A stretch of 47,713 nt of DNA from Octopus bimaculoides. Lineage: Eukaryota. How positions within the stretch are numbered: the stretch's first letter is position 1; every line of letters begins with the position of its first letter. The stretch covers positions 94,409,053-94,456,765 of the forward strand of contig NC_068983.1 of the NCBI RefSeq assembly GCF_001194135.2. The letters run 5' to 3'. Below are positions 23,791 to 35,183 of this stretch, piece by piece. A program made the translations under genes and the position numbers. The notes under the pieces are model-generated. The model searched no databases. It was not told the DNA's origin and saw only the letters and a program-made list of their open reading frames with translations.

Positions 23791-24424
23791 TTAATTAATT
23801 TTTTTAAATCAAACTGTTTGAGACTTCGAATACTGGTGGAATATCTCACGAAGAACACGGTTTACTTTGAACATTTTTGACAAAATTTTGTATTTTAGAA
23901 GTTATTTCGTGTTAAAGTTGTCGTATTTGGGTAATTTTAACCAATCAACGACGTGTATTCGGTTGAAGAAAGCTATTGCTGTTTGCGATAGTAATCGAAG
24001 AGGAACAACTTCCGGGTCATTTCTACTTAATGTCACCACTGTTCTATTTTATTTTTTGTTTACTGCCTGTGTTCCATATTACATGCTTTTTTAATTATAT
24101 TTTTGGCTACCGCGTCGGAGTAACCAGTAAACATATAGAGCTACGGGTCCGCAGCTAGCTTTTTTTTGTTGTTGACGTGTATGTAGTTTCAAAATGCCTT
24201 ATTTTACAACTATGAGATGTATTGTTATTGTCATGATTTTATCTTACTATAACCAATGTTTCGGAGACTTGAAGCTTCATTTTCATTGACAGCTCGAATG
24301 CTTCACGTCGGATGTCCCACAATGGCCGCAGTCCAATGACTGAAACTAGTAAAAGAAAAGAAAAGAAAAGAATGCACGCGCGTGTTTATATTTGTGTGTA
24401 TTTGTGAGATAGATAGGTTGTTTG

Positions 24425-24713
24425 TATGTATATATGCATGCATACACGTATGTGTGTATGTATGTATGTATGTATGTATGTATGTATGTATGTATGTATG
24501 CATGTATGTATGTATTATGCATGCGTGTATGTATGTCTCTATGTGCGCATGTTTGTGTGTGTGTGTGTGAGCGCGCGCGCATTTGTGCTTGTAAGTAAGT
24601 GAGGATAGTCGCACGCGCATGCGTGTGTGCGTGTTTGTGAGTTTGAGGTTGTTCGTTGGACTAAAAAGTCTCAGAGAGAATGTTTATGTATTATTTACGT
24701 TTGGCTGCAGAGC

Positions 24714-24760
<47 letters not shown>

Positions 24761-24797
24761 GAGAGAGAGAGAAAGAGAGAGAGAGAGAGGGAGAGAG
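24425..24797. repeat. Compound microsatellite cluster (TATG)n, (TG)n, (GA)n
   Basis: Direct inspection. A SINE-type tail (ggccgcagtccaatgactgaaactagtaaaag) precedes it at about 24322-24370. Confidence 0.85.
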
Positions 24798-25677
24798 ATG
24801 ATAGATGTGTTTGTATCTATGGGACGATGTGGGTGGGAATTATGAGTTTATGTATTAAGTTATAGGAAAGGCTGCTGTAATATACAACAGTTGGAAGTGC
24901 TTGATAATATTGCGTATGAACTAATTATTTCTTTTCACTCGGTACAAGTTAAGGCTTTGAAAGGAAAGTATATAGTCGTCTGAAATGAGGCTATGAACCT
25001 TATACTAGGATATGAGGCTATGCCCTAGGAAATGACACTATGCCATGTGACATTCATATCCTTCTTTTCATAGCGATTTGTGATGGAATACTTTTATTAA
25101 CTTAAGATTATATTGTTTTATATTATTTTGGAAAGTGTTTGTTCTTGATGTTTTTGTAAGACACTTAGTCAATATTTTTCAGTCACATGATGCGCCAATG
25201 AATATGCAAATCATCGTTTCAGATCTCGCTCTTCATGGTGCAAATAACGATTTAGAAACAAAAACCACTGGATGCTTTTCAGGCCTTTCTCTCTGTTCAT
25301 AGAATTAAGGAATGTCTCGGAGTAGGTTGCATGCTTGAAAGGTTAAAGAGGGATGAAAATTGATATCATCTGACTGGAAGTCTATGGTCGGTAGTAATGA
25401 ATAAGTCAGGGGTCAGCAACTTCTTTGCCTCTACGGGCCGGATCGAGTATTAATGACGGATAGCGGGCCGGACGAAGGCCGTAACAGAATAATTACGGAA
25501 AATTACGCAAGCTAAAATTTACTCACGAGTGTTGACTATACGTAAAATAATAATTTGTATTAACCACAGATGAATGTAGTAATGGAAAAACATCATTTAT
25601 TCAATTTAAGACATCGTTGGAATTATTTGTTTAAAAAATCGTAAAACTACATATCAGCCAAAAAATTAATGGGAAAC

Positions 25678-27350
25678 TTAGTGTTTTTTGTTCCTTGAAA
25701 GCTTTTCAATATTAGGCTTCAAACTTGTTGATGCCAAGAGAAAGATATTATCAAGATGATTATCAGTTAATCTTGTTCTCAAATTGTTCTTAGTTTGCTT
25801 CAATTTGGAAAATATTTGCTCACACTGATAAGTGCTTCCAAACAAAGATGCAATCTTTTTTGCACGATTCACTAAGTTGGTATACTTCCCACTTGGAAAA
25901 ATATATTTTGCATAGAAGTCAATCAATGAAACATCTTTAGAATGAAATTTTGATCTCAATATGTCGTCACACTGCATATCAGTCAATTCTATTTGAAAAT
26001 ATTTTGATACTGTCTCCATCTCCGCATCAAATGGCGTAACAAACAATTTAAACTGATTTGCACGCAGACTAAAGTCAGCAAAACGTGATGCAAATTCATT
26101 TCTCAAATCCTGGATTATATTCACAAATACTTCTGAATCCTGTGATTTCCTTGCTTGAAATGATGGAAAATGCGCATAAATTTTATTTCGAAGTTGATGT
26201 TCCCACAACTGTAGCTTTTTTTCAAAGGCAACAATATGGTTATACATTTCATTTACGAGCTGAGTTTTACCTTGAAGTTATAAATTTAAGTTATTTAAAT
26301 GAGTTACAATATCCACAATAAAAGCCAATCAGGATCTCGAAAATGTGAACTATCCACACGATTGCTTTCGAGAAATATCATCACCTTTTTGTGTAAGGCA
26401 AGTACTCTTAGCATTGATCCTCGGCCAAGCCAGCGAACATCGCAGAAATAAGCAAGGTCACCACATTCTGCCTCAATATCTAGCAAAAACTATTTAAATT
26501 GATAAGGATCTAATCTACGAGATAGGATCAAATTCATGGCCTTCATAACAATATCCATAACATTCTTAAATTTCAAAGACTTGACACACAATGTCTCGTG
26601 ATGTAATGAATTTTTACAAGTTTATGTGTGATTTCCAAGGCTTTCTATATGTTCTTTTAACAGTGCAACAAAACCTTTTTTTTTGTCCTACCGTTGCTGG
26701 GGCATCATCAGTTGTGATGCCAATTAGCTTCTAAAAATGAAACTTAATTTCTGATATTATTTTCAACAAAGCTTCAAAGATGTCTGCTCCGGTTACGGTT
26801 TTCTCGAAAGGAATTAACCGAATAAATTCTTCAAAGATCTGAAAAGTTGAAGTCACTCTTCGCACAAAGACAGCAAGTTGTGCAGTGTCACTTAAGTCTA
26901 TATTCTCATCGACTGCAATTGAAAAATATTTTAATTCACTGCAGGCGTTGATTAATTGATTTTTAACATCTGCTGACATTTCTTCAACCCACCGTGTAAC
27001 AGTTCTCGGAGACGGGCTGATAGTTTTCAAATGAAAACTTTTTTCTGGACAAACAATATCCAACATTACTAATAAGCAGTCTTTAAAAAATCACCACCTG
27101 CAAAATGTTTCAGCTTTTCAGCGTTGCGTTTTGAGACTTCATAGCCAGCAATTGTATTTGCCACATTTTCGCCTTTGCTGTTTTTTAAAAATGACTGTAT
27201 TTTTAGCCAAAAGCGAGACAGAAATGTTCTGCATTTAGCGGAGCGGTGTCAACTTTAAGGTTGTACCCTGTGAAATTTATAGTTTAGCGTCTGTGAAATG
27301 ACTTGTTCATTGTATGTTTCTAAATAAACAGAAATACCTAATTTCATTGT
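25678..27350 (-). pseudogene. Disrupted hAT transposase (GTF2IRD2/EPM2AIP1/SPIN-like)
   Basis: Fragments read TISPSPRTVTRWVEEM, YFSIAVDENIDLSDTAQLAVFVR, ITTDDAPAT (frameshifted), DVRWLGRGSML and IASLFGSTYQCEQIFSKLKQTKNNLRTRLTDNHL (hAT dimerisation region). Several frameshifts and stops are present. Confidence 0.92.
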
Positions 27351-27416
27351 TGGTTTCTAAATAAACAGAAATACCTAATTTCATTGTTGGTTTCTAAATA
27401 AACAGAAATACCTAAT
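27317..27416. repeat. 37 bp tandem duplication, about 2.7 copies
   Basis: The unit TTTCTAAATAAACAGAAATACCTAATTTCATTGTTGG occurs at 27317 and 27354, with a partial copy at 27391. Confidence 0.95.
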
Positions 27417-28418
27417 AAAATCAACATGTATCACCTTACTGTTTCTTTTGTTTCTTCATTGTATGTTTTTAGTTTTTTTTACATTTGCTATTTGAATATA
27501 TTTGTCTGCATATGTTTACTTTATGCGTATTTCAGTATCATGTATACCTGTCATGTATTTGTTCCAAGAAAAACAATACCTGTATCTTATATGTTTTTGC
27601 ATGCAGAATTAAAAAATAACGTCAAATTATCCGTATCCCATACAGTTTCTCTTTTCCACGATATCCCTCTCAGTTCCTGTTGAGTGGGCTAAATTTCAGT
27701 TAAGCTGTTGAAATGTGAAGTTAACGGTTTAAGAAATACTCCTCGTTTAAATGTTTATGAATAGAATTAACCTAGTGAAATAGTAAATCCAGCTGAGTCA
27801 ATGAGTCCCTGAAGCTTGGCAATATTGAGTCGATGAGTAAACAGATGCTTTGTCAGTATTGTGCTTGAAGTGTAAGTGTGCGGTTGTGTACTAAGTTCAC
27901 ATATTCCGTTCACCCTCATAATACCAAGAAACTGTATAAATATCGCAAACAACTTTTGCTATATATGAAAAATATGTAAAATATTAAGACATTTGACGAA
28001 AAATATGTATAATAAAATTCTACTTGATGAATATAAATTTTTATTAAAACAAAGCACGCGGGTGAAAAGAATCTCGTTGTGTGAAGAATCAACACAACAT
28101 GCGGGTGAAGTGAAATACAGCACAACGCGCGGTCGTCAATGTAACAAGCTGTTAATGCCTCACTGTCTGTTGAGTGGCTAAAATTGCCCAAATTTCCCAA
28201 CTTTAATTCCAAATAACTTCAGATTCTTTAATTTAAGAGATAAAGTAATTGGTTGATCGTAATCAAAATTCAGAGTTGTATCGATACACCAAAATTAAAA
28301 GCAATCTGAGCAAAATTAAAGGGGGCTCATTTTGCGAACGAAACTAACTAGATCCATCTTTTGTTTTATTTTTTACGCGGGAGTGGTTGTGATTGGGTAG
28401 AGAGGTTTCGAAATTGCA

Positions 28419-28455
<37 letters not shown>

Positions 28456-29984
28456 CATTATTATTATTATTATTGTTATTATTTTTGTGTTGTGTGAGCG
28501 GAAATGATGAGCGAAGCCCTGCGTGCGCGACGAATTTTTTAATTGTGTTTTTGCTGTCAAAGCGTTCATATCCGGTTGGTGATGGACATTAGGTAGAGTG
28601 AATCAGAAGATTTGTGGAAGAATGTAACAGCAGCTTTTTTATTGTATTCGAAAGTCTCGTCTCTCATATTACAATAAATTTAAATTTTAAATAAATAACT
28701 CATTGGGCATCAGTTCTCGAGGGCTGGATCCGGCCCGCGGGTCATAGGTTGCCGACCCTTGGAATAAGTTATAATTGTACAAAAGGAAAATCATGAGAGA
28801 CGAAACTCAGTCTTGGTACACTAGAGTTGATAGGATGGGGCTTGGAAAAAAAGATTCATCCATCTCTTAGAAGCAGTTTCACAGGAAACTTCTAAACCAA
28901 GAGTTTTCAGCCAGTGAGACTATTGGTTGTTAAGATGTTAAAATGTTGACAAAGTTATCTTTAGGATTTGTAATCAAAGCTACGTTCTGACAGTTACCTG
29001 TGTTAACGTCGCCCTTTCAGAAGCTGTTTCTGAAGGGCCTTTCCCGTACGTCTTAGGATCATATTCATTACTTGGGTCATGTTTAAAACTATGAAAATCT
29101 TCTTTGTGAGTCTATCATCCGTACACACCAGATGATTCACACATACCAGTTCGTCGTCGTCGTCGAAGTAGTAGTAGGAGAGCGAGCAGCCATTTAGAGG
29201 CTGCTTCATTGGCTTGTGACCTCTAATATATAGTACATGGTATATAGCATATCTAGTATATTGTGTATCATATATTGTATATCTAGTTGTTATCAAGCCA
29301 TTTATCAGCCCTGATTTCTTATCTAAAGAGTTTTAACCATAACTATTTCGGTTTCTTTTTTAGACATACCATATTTAGGATGTAATAATCCAGCCTATGA
29401 TTCCACGCAGATTTGGCTGTTATTTCTAATGAGTAGAGTGTTACTCAGAGAGGTTCCTTTGATTTATGTTAAATTATGATCCCTATATCGATACGTACAT
29501 ACAAGAATATTAGCATCTGATTATTCATTCTACTTTGTGGTATACATGATTTTTCTTGAGTATTTCCTGTGAGACCGTTCCAGGTTTCTCGTTTATGGCA
29601 CACAGTTTAGATTTCGGTACCATAAAGGAACACCAGAATTTCAACTACTTCATATACGAAAGTCTTTCAATTGGCTTTTATATCATGGTAAAGAAAGCTC
29701 TTAAAGATTAATTTCCGGTAAGCGTAATTACCTTTATAGTAATTTGAAAAACATTATATCTTGTCATCTCTAGTTATTATTAGATCAGACATGTGGATAA
29801 ATGATGAAGAGCAATTTGATTTGAGCACTTGCACTTTAATTCTTTGATTTTTAGCACCAAAGTTTTAGATCATTCATTTCAACGCAAAGGGTCGGGAAAG
29901 GGCAGCAAAGAGAGAAATATATTGGAAAGTTAAGCTCTGCCGTGGTAACCAAACGTTACCACGGCAGAGACAAAAACGCTTTTA

Positions 29985-30645
29985 CATTGGGAGCAGCTGA
30001 TTCAGGAAGCAATCTGGAAGGAGATGGCCCTGGATAAGCCCGAACGCTCAGCACAGAAATAAAATCAACTATATCCTTGCCGACAAATGGCACATACTGA
30101 TGATGGTCATCTCGTCAGTAGTGCCATTCAATACCGCAGCGACCATTGCTTGCAGCGGACGAAGATCGTGATCTATGAAATCAGAGAAGAGGGCCCTGCG
30201 CATCTCGATGAAGAATCAATGCGTCAAGGTTTTCCATATGATGCAGCTACAGGATGCTATCAAGAAGAAATTTTGAAGTTAACTTGAGGAGATTGATGAC
30301 GACTACAATTCACTGGTTAAGAAAATCAGAAGCTGCATGTGAAAGGCAAGAACTGCAACATGAAAAGTCCCCTCGACTATTCCGTTCTCTGCAAAGGAAT
30401 AAGACAAATCTGGGAGCAGGAAAGGAACAGTCCAAAGAGATGCAGAAGAAAGATGGTACTCGATAGGTAGGAGGTTACTGTGCTCAAGTACAAAGAACTA
30501 GCTCACGGTAAATGACGTTACTTGAAGGAAGATGGAAGAAGCATGCAAAATCTTCTACACCGACCTTAGTAAATCTTCAGTGAAGCTCGAACCTCCTCTC
30601 CCACAAATGATGGAAGGAGTGTCACCTTTTCTGGTCATACAAATG
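29985..30645 (+). mobile_element. Degenerate RTE-type LINE fragment (AP endonuclease C-terminus and linker)
   Basis: Translation gives RRWPWISPNAQHRNKINYILADKW, similar to the RTE motif WTWxSPNGxxKNEIDYIL, and MEEACKIFYTDLSKSS..PPL..SPFL. Confidence 0.7.
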
Positions 30646-30795
30646 TGTGAGCGTGTGTGTGTGCGCGTACGCGCGTGCGTTACACACGTATGCGAGGGGT
30701 GTATGCATGTGTATGTGGGTGTAAGAGAGAGAGAGAGAGAGATAGAGAGAGAGAGAGGGAGAGAGGGAGAGAGAGAGGGAGAGGAGAGAGAAAGA

Positions 30796-31060
30796 GAATT
30801 TAAGCATTTTCATGAAGGCTAAAAAAGTTGAAATTTTTCAATACAGTGTGATTATGACGTCATAATATCACTGACGTTTATCTAGAACTTTTGTTTCAGA
30901 AATTGTCTTTCGCGGTGATAAGAAGCTTGGGAATGTGTGCGCCAGGAGCTTCATCCAAACATCTGAAGTCAAGTGTGAAGTCATCTTGTTTTTGATGTTT
31001 CTAGAGTTAGTTTATGCATCTTTGAATTCTTAAACATCCTCTGTAATATGTTGGTTGGTA
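30796..31060 (+). repeat. Unclassified interspersed repeat, copy 1, with CRE-centred palindrome
   Basis: Aligns by eye to 34880-35183. It contains the 16 bp palindrome ATTATGACGTCATAAT at 30851-30866. Confidence 0.85.
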
Positions 31061-31616
31061 CTATATCATAGTTACATTTACGGTAGTTTTACTGTAACCT
31101 TATAAACTTTAAACTGGGGGCTTCAATCAGAAACATATACTCCACTCCCGATACATTCACGCGGAAAAATTTGTTGTAATTAAATAGCAATAAAAGGGAT
31201 CAACACAAAGTAATGGCTACAAGACTTACAACCATTCGGATATCAACAGACTATAAACATGGTGAGCATTTAAGTAAAAGGTAAGTTTGTTGCTAATAAA
31301 ACATTTGAGTATCTTTTCAAGATATTTCTATAGTAAATCAAAATAGTTTCTTCAATAAATGCTGAATATATTGTATATACATCTCTATTGTTTAAAACAC
31401 GCAACCACATACACATGTGTGTATGTGTGCATTTGTGTAAGTGTGTGTTTGTATATGTAGTGTGCATCTGCCAGTCTCTTGCATATGTTCTCTTTCTCAT
31501 CTTCCTTCTCTTAGTCTTCCTTATTTTGTCTCAATCATCCAAACCCCGCAGATACACATTGTTTCCTTATGTGTATGCGTGTGTTTGTATGTGTGTGTGC
31601 ATTTGGGTATGTGTAT

Positions 31617-31692
<76 letters not shown>

Positions 31693-33085
31693 CATATATA
31701 TACATAAATCTTTAATATCTACACAAAATTTCCAAGTATCTACGATGGGTACATCGACATTTTAGCTCCACTTGATAGGAATAATAACTCAGTTTCTCTT
31801 CAATCACAATCTATTATTTTAGTTTCAATCCAGCAACTTTTAGTGTTTGGCCCTGACTTTTTTATTAATGCTCATATGAGAACCGAGAGCTAGAAAAATG
31901 GCTAAATCATATAGAAGAATAGCTTTAGGAATCCAGGTGACTGCGATGGCACTGTTCCTTTTGACGTTTGAATAAGCGGTGTATCGGGAATGAAGCTAGA
32001 ATAGCTATATCATATAGCAGAATAGCTTTAGGGAATTCAGATGACTGTGCGATGGCACTGAGAAAGCCACAGGTGAAGTGGAAGACCTATTTGTCGAGGT
32101 TTCTTTTGACATTTGAATAGGCTGTATGCCCAAGGAGAATTGAAAGATTCAGTTTCAAATCTGAACTAGGGTGAGACTACGACTACAGATTTAGGTTTGC
32201 GCGTGTCTCATCCTCATTTTCTGCTGCACGTCGTGCGTTTGTTTGGTATTCAATTTTGACCATTTTTTTTAGGAGACATCTGGTTAGGAATATCAGTAAG
32301 TAATAGTGAAATGAAATTACAAATGCTGTGTCCTGTCAACGTTAGTGCCGAAATTCCGACGCTATATTACAGGAATGGAAGGCACGGCAACAGTAAGCAA
32401 TAGTCCAATGAAATTACAAATGCTGTGTCCTGTCATTCAGATTTAGGTTTACTCGTCCTGTATGTATGTATTATATAAGAGAAAAACATGTAATAACTGA
32501 AGTAGAAAAAAGATGGATTTCATATACGAACTTCTGTTTGTTCTTCAAGTTTCAATCCAGCAACTTTTATTAATGCTCATGGCAAAATAAAGTGGGATAG
32601 GAACCTGTAAGGACTTAAATTTGAATGAGGCATTAGATGGTATAACTGTTACGCGAGAAACGAAGACGGTATCACGTTTACTAAAACATGTGAGAATATT
32701 TGCCTCAATGTAGTTCGTTTGTGTACAGTTAGTGTTGCCTCCCTTGAACCATTTACTTTCACTTTATGGGACAAACAAACACCCGAACGTACAGAATCTC
32801 TTATATATATATATATATATATATATNNNNNNNNNNNNNNNNNNNNNNNNNNNNNNNNNNNNNNNNNNNNNNNNNNNNNNNNNNNNNNNNNNNNNNNNNN
32901 NNNNNNNNNNNNNNNNNNNNNNNNNNNNNNNNNNNNNNNNNNNNNNNNNNNNNNNNNNNNNNNNNNNNNNNNNNNNNNNNNNNNNNNNNNNNNNNNNNNN
33001 NNNNNNNNNNNNNNNNNNNNNNNNNNNNNNNNNNNNNNNNNNNNNNNNNNNNNNNNNNNNNNNNNNNNNNNNNNNNNNNNNNNNN

Positions 33086-33420
33086 TATAAAAGAGATTCT
33101 GTACGTTCGGGTGTTTGTTTGTCCCAGTCTTGTTCTCACTGTCCTGTTCTTGTTAACACTTTCACCCTCCGCAAAAAACCCAAATCTTATTTAATTTGCT
33201 TTGCGAGAAGGACTGTTTCAACGAAGTCTCGTATTGTCCTTGCCTTCGAAACGCGGAGTAGATGAAACAGGGACAACTGAAGAAGGGGTATACTCTTTAT
33301 GTTGCATGTCTCGTTTCTCTGTTTGCTTGTTTTTTCGTTGTTCGAAAAAAAAAGTTCGTTTTCTATGTTTTCGTTTCTCATTGTGCTTAACGTTTTTTTT
33401 TTGATGTCCTGTACCCATAT
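33086..33420 (+). repeat. Unclassified repeat bounded by (TA)n, possibly Penelope-LTR-related
   Basis: It begins at a (TA)n tract and gap and ends in TA-rich microsatellite. It carries CGAAAC and CTGAAGA motifs. The classification is inference only. Confidence 0.35.
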
Positions 33421-33711
33421 ATGCATGTATATATACATATATATGTAGGTATGTACATATATGTATGTATATATGCATATATTTATATACATGCATTATT
33501 ATATGCATTATTTATATACATATATACATATACATACACATACATATATGGACATAGATATATACACAAACTCATATATGTAGGTACACATGTGCGTTTA
33601 CACATATATACACATACACACACATACATAAAGATGTATATAGATATGTACATAGACCCAGATACACACACACCCGAAGACAAACAGACACACACACATA
33701 CACACACTCAC

Positions 33712-33757
<46 letters not shown>

Positions 33758-34389
33758 NNNNNNNNNNNNNNNNNNNNNNNNNNNNNNNNNNNNNNNNNNN
33801 NNNNNNNNNNNNNNNNNNNNNNNNNNNNNNNNNNNNNNNNNNNNNNNNNNNNNNNNNNNNNNNNNNNNNNNNNNNNNNNNNNNNNNNNNNNNNNNNNNNN
33901 NNNNNNNNNNNNNNNNNNNNNNNNNNNNNNNNNNNNNNNNNNNNNNNNNNNNNNNNNNNNNNNNNNNNNNNNNNNNNNNNNNNNNNNNNNNNNNNNNNNN
34001 NNNNNNNNNNNNNNNNNNNNNNNNNNNNNNNNNNNNNNNNNNNNNNNNNNNNNNNNNNNNNNNNNNNNNNNNNNNNNNNNNNNNNNNNNNNNNNNNNNNN
34101 NNNNNNNNNNNNNNNNNNNNNNNNNNNNNNNNNNNNNNNNNNNNNNNNNNNNNNNNNNNNNNNNNNNNNNNNNNNNNNNNNNNNNNNNATATATTTATAT
34201 ATGTATATATATATTCACACATACATACATACATACATACATACATACATACATACATACATAAATACATACATATGCCTATATACATATACACATCTAG
34301 ACTGTAAAGTTACAGGTCAAAATACATGCTATTCGGTTACTGTTCATTTTTAGCATATGAGGTTTTAACTCAGGAGGATTAACCCGAGT

Positions 34390-34615
34390 TGCGGGTGTCA
34401 GGTTTGCATTAGTTAGGTATATTTTAGCTGTATGCAGGCACCTGGGTAATTATTCCGTAAATCTGTTTATAATGCGCTCCTTTGTTAACAATATTGAGAG
34501 TGATTCTTCGGGACATAACTGGCATTTCTGGGATAATGTGTTATAAGGACTCGCATGTCTAATTATGGACAAAGCTAGGTCATATTTTCCCTTTTCTTCC
34601 TTGAATCTCCAAAGT
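34390..34615 (-). mobile_element. Penelope-like element, C-terminal GIY-YIG region remnant
   Basis: SIIRHASPYNTLSQKCQLCPEESLSILL..INRFTE*LPRCLH matches the PLE C-terminal pattern A.PY..C.LC.E..I..N.R.E..CRH. Confidence 0.7.
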
Positions 34616-34879
34616 CTAATGCCACATCCATCTCCTACTATTAATTAATACAATACACACATACACACACACATTTAGGATATATATATATGTACCTTTG
34701 AGCGTGTACGCCTGTGTATTTGTGTTTGTGTATATGTGTGTGTGTCTCAGTGTGTGCGCGCGAGCGTGCGTGCGTGCATGCGTGTGTGCAAGCATGCGTG
34801 CGTGTGTGTGTGTGCGTGTGTGTGTGTGTGTGTGCGTGTGTGTATGAGCGAGAGAGAGAGAGATACGAAGACCAAAAGA

Positions 34880-35183
34880 ATATTTAAGCATTTAAAATGT
34901 AGTACAAAGAAGCTTAAATTTTTCCATTGTGTGATTATGATGTCATAATATCAGTGACGTTTATTAGGAGCTTTTGTTTCAGAAATTTACAGTCTTTCAA
35001 CGTTTCGCGGTGATAAGAGGCTTGGGAATGTGTGTGCCAGACGGTTCACCCAAACATCTGAAGACTTGTATGAAGTCAGCGTCATCTCCACCTAACCAGC
35101 ATGTTATAGAGGTGCATGAAACGACTCTAAAAATATCAAGAACAAGGTGAAAATGAATCTGACTTCACATTAGTCTTCAGATG
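34880..35183 (+). repeat. Unclassified interspersed repeat, copy 2, with an internal inversion
   Basis: 34880-35084 is collinear with 30796-30983. 35086-35183 aligns to the reverse complement of 30960-31060. Confidence 0.85.

Larger units (their letters stand above)
25407..28761 (-). mobile_element. Full-length hAT transposon (Buster/Charlie/SPIN-like), 3355 bp
   Basis: The TIRs CAGGGGTCAGCAAC and reverse-complement CAAGGGTCGGCAAC match at 12/14. A perfect 8 bp TSD, GAATAAGT, lies at 25399-25406 and 28762-28769 with a central TA. Subterminal GGGCCGGA/TCCGGCCC motifs are present. Confidence 0.95.

Noticed and set aside
25678-26247. Domesticated GTF2IRD2/ZBED-like host gene (189 aa ORF)
   Set aside because: It is only the C-terminal piece of a frameshifted transposase that is still enclosed by TIRs and a TSD.
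27317-27416. 37 bp repeats of CRISPR-like length
   Set aside because: The units are contiguous with no spacers, lie inside a eukaryotic hAT element, and no cas genes are present.
29009-29034. Imperfect hairpin CCCTTTCAGAA/TTCTGAAGGG
   Set aside because: It is a short, bulged stem of a kind expected by chance in 47 kb.
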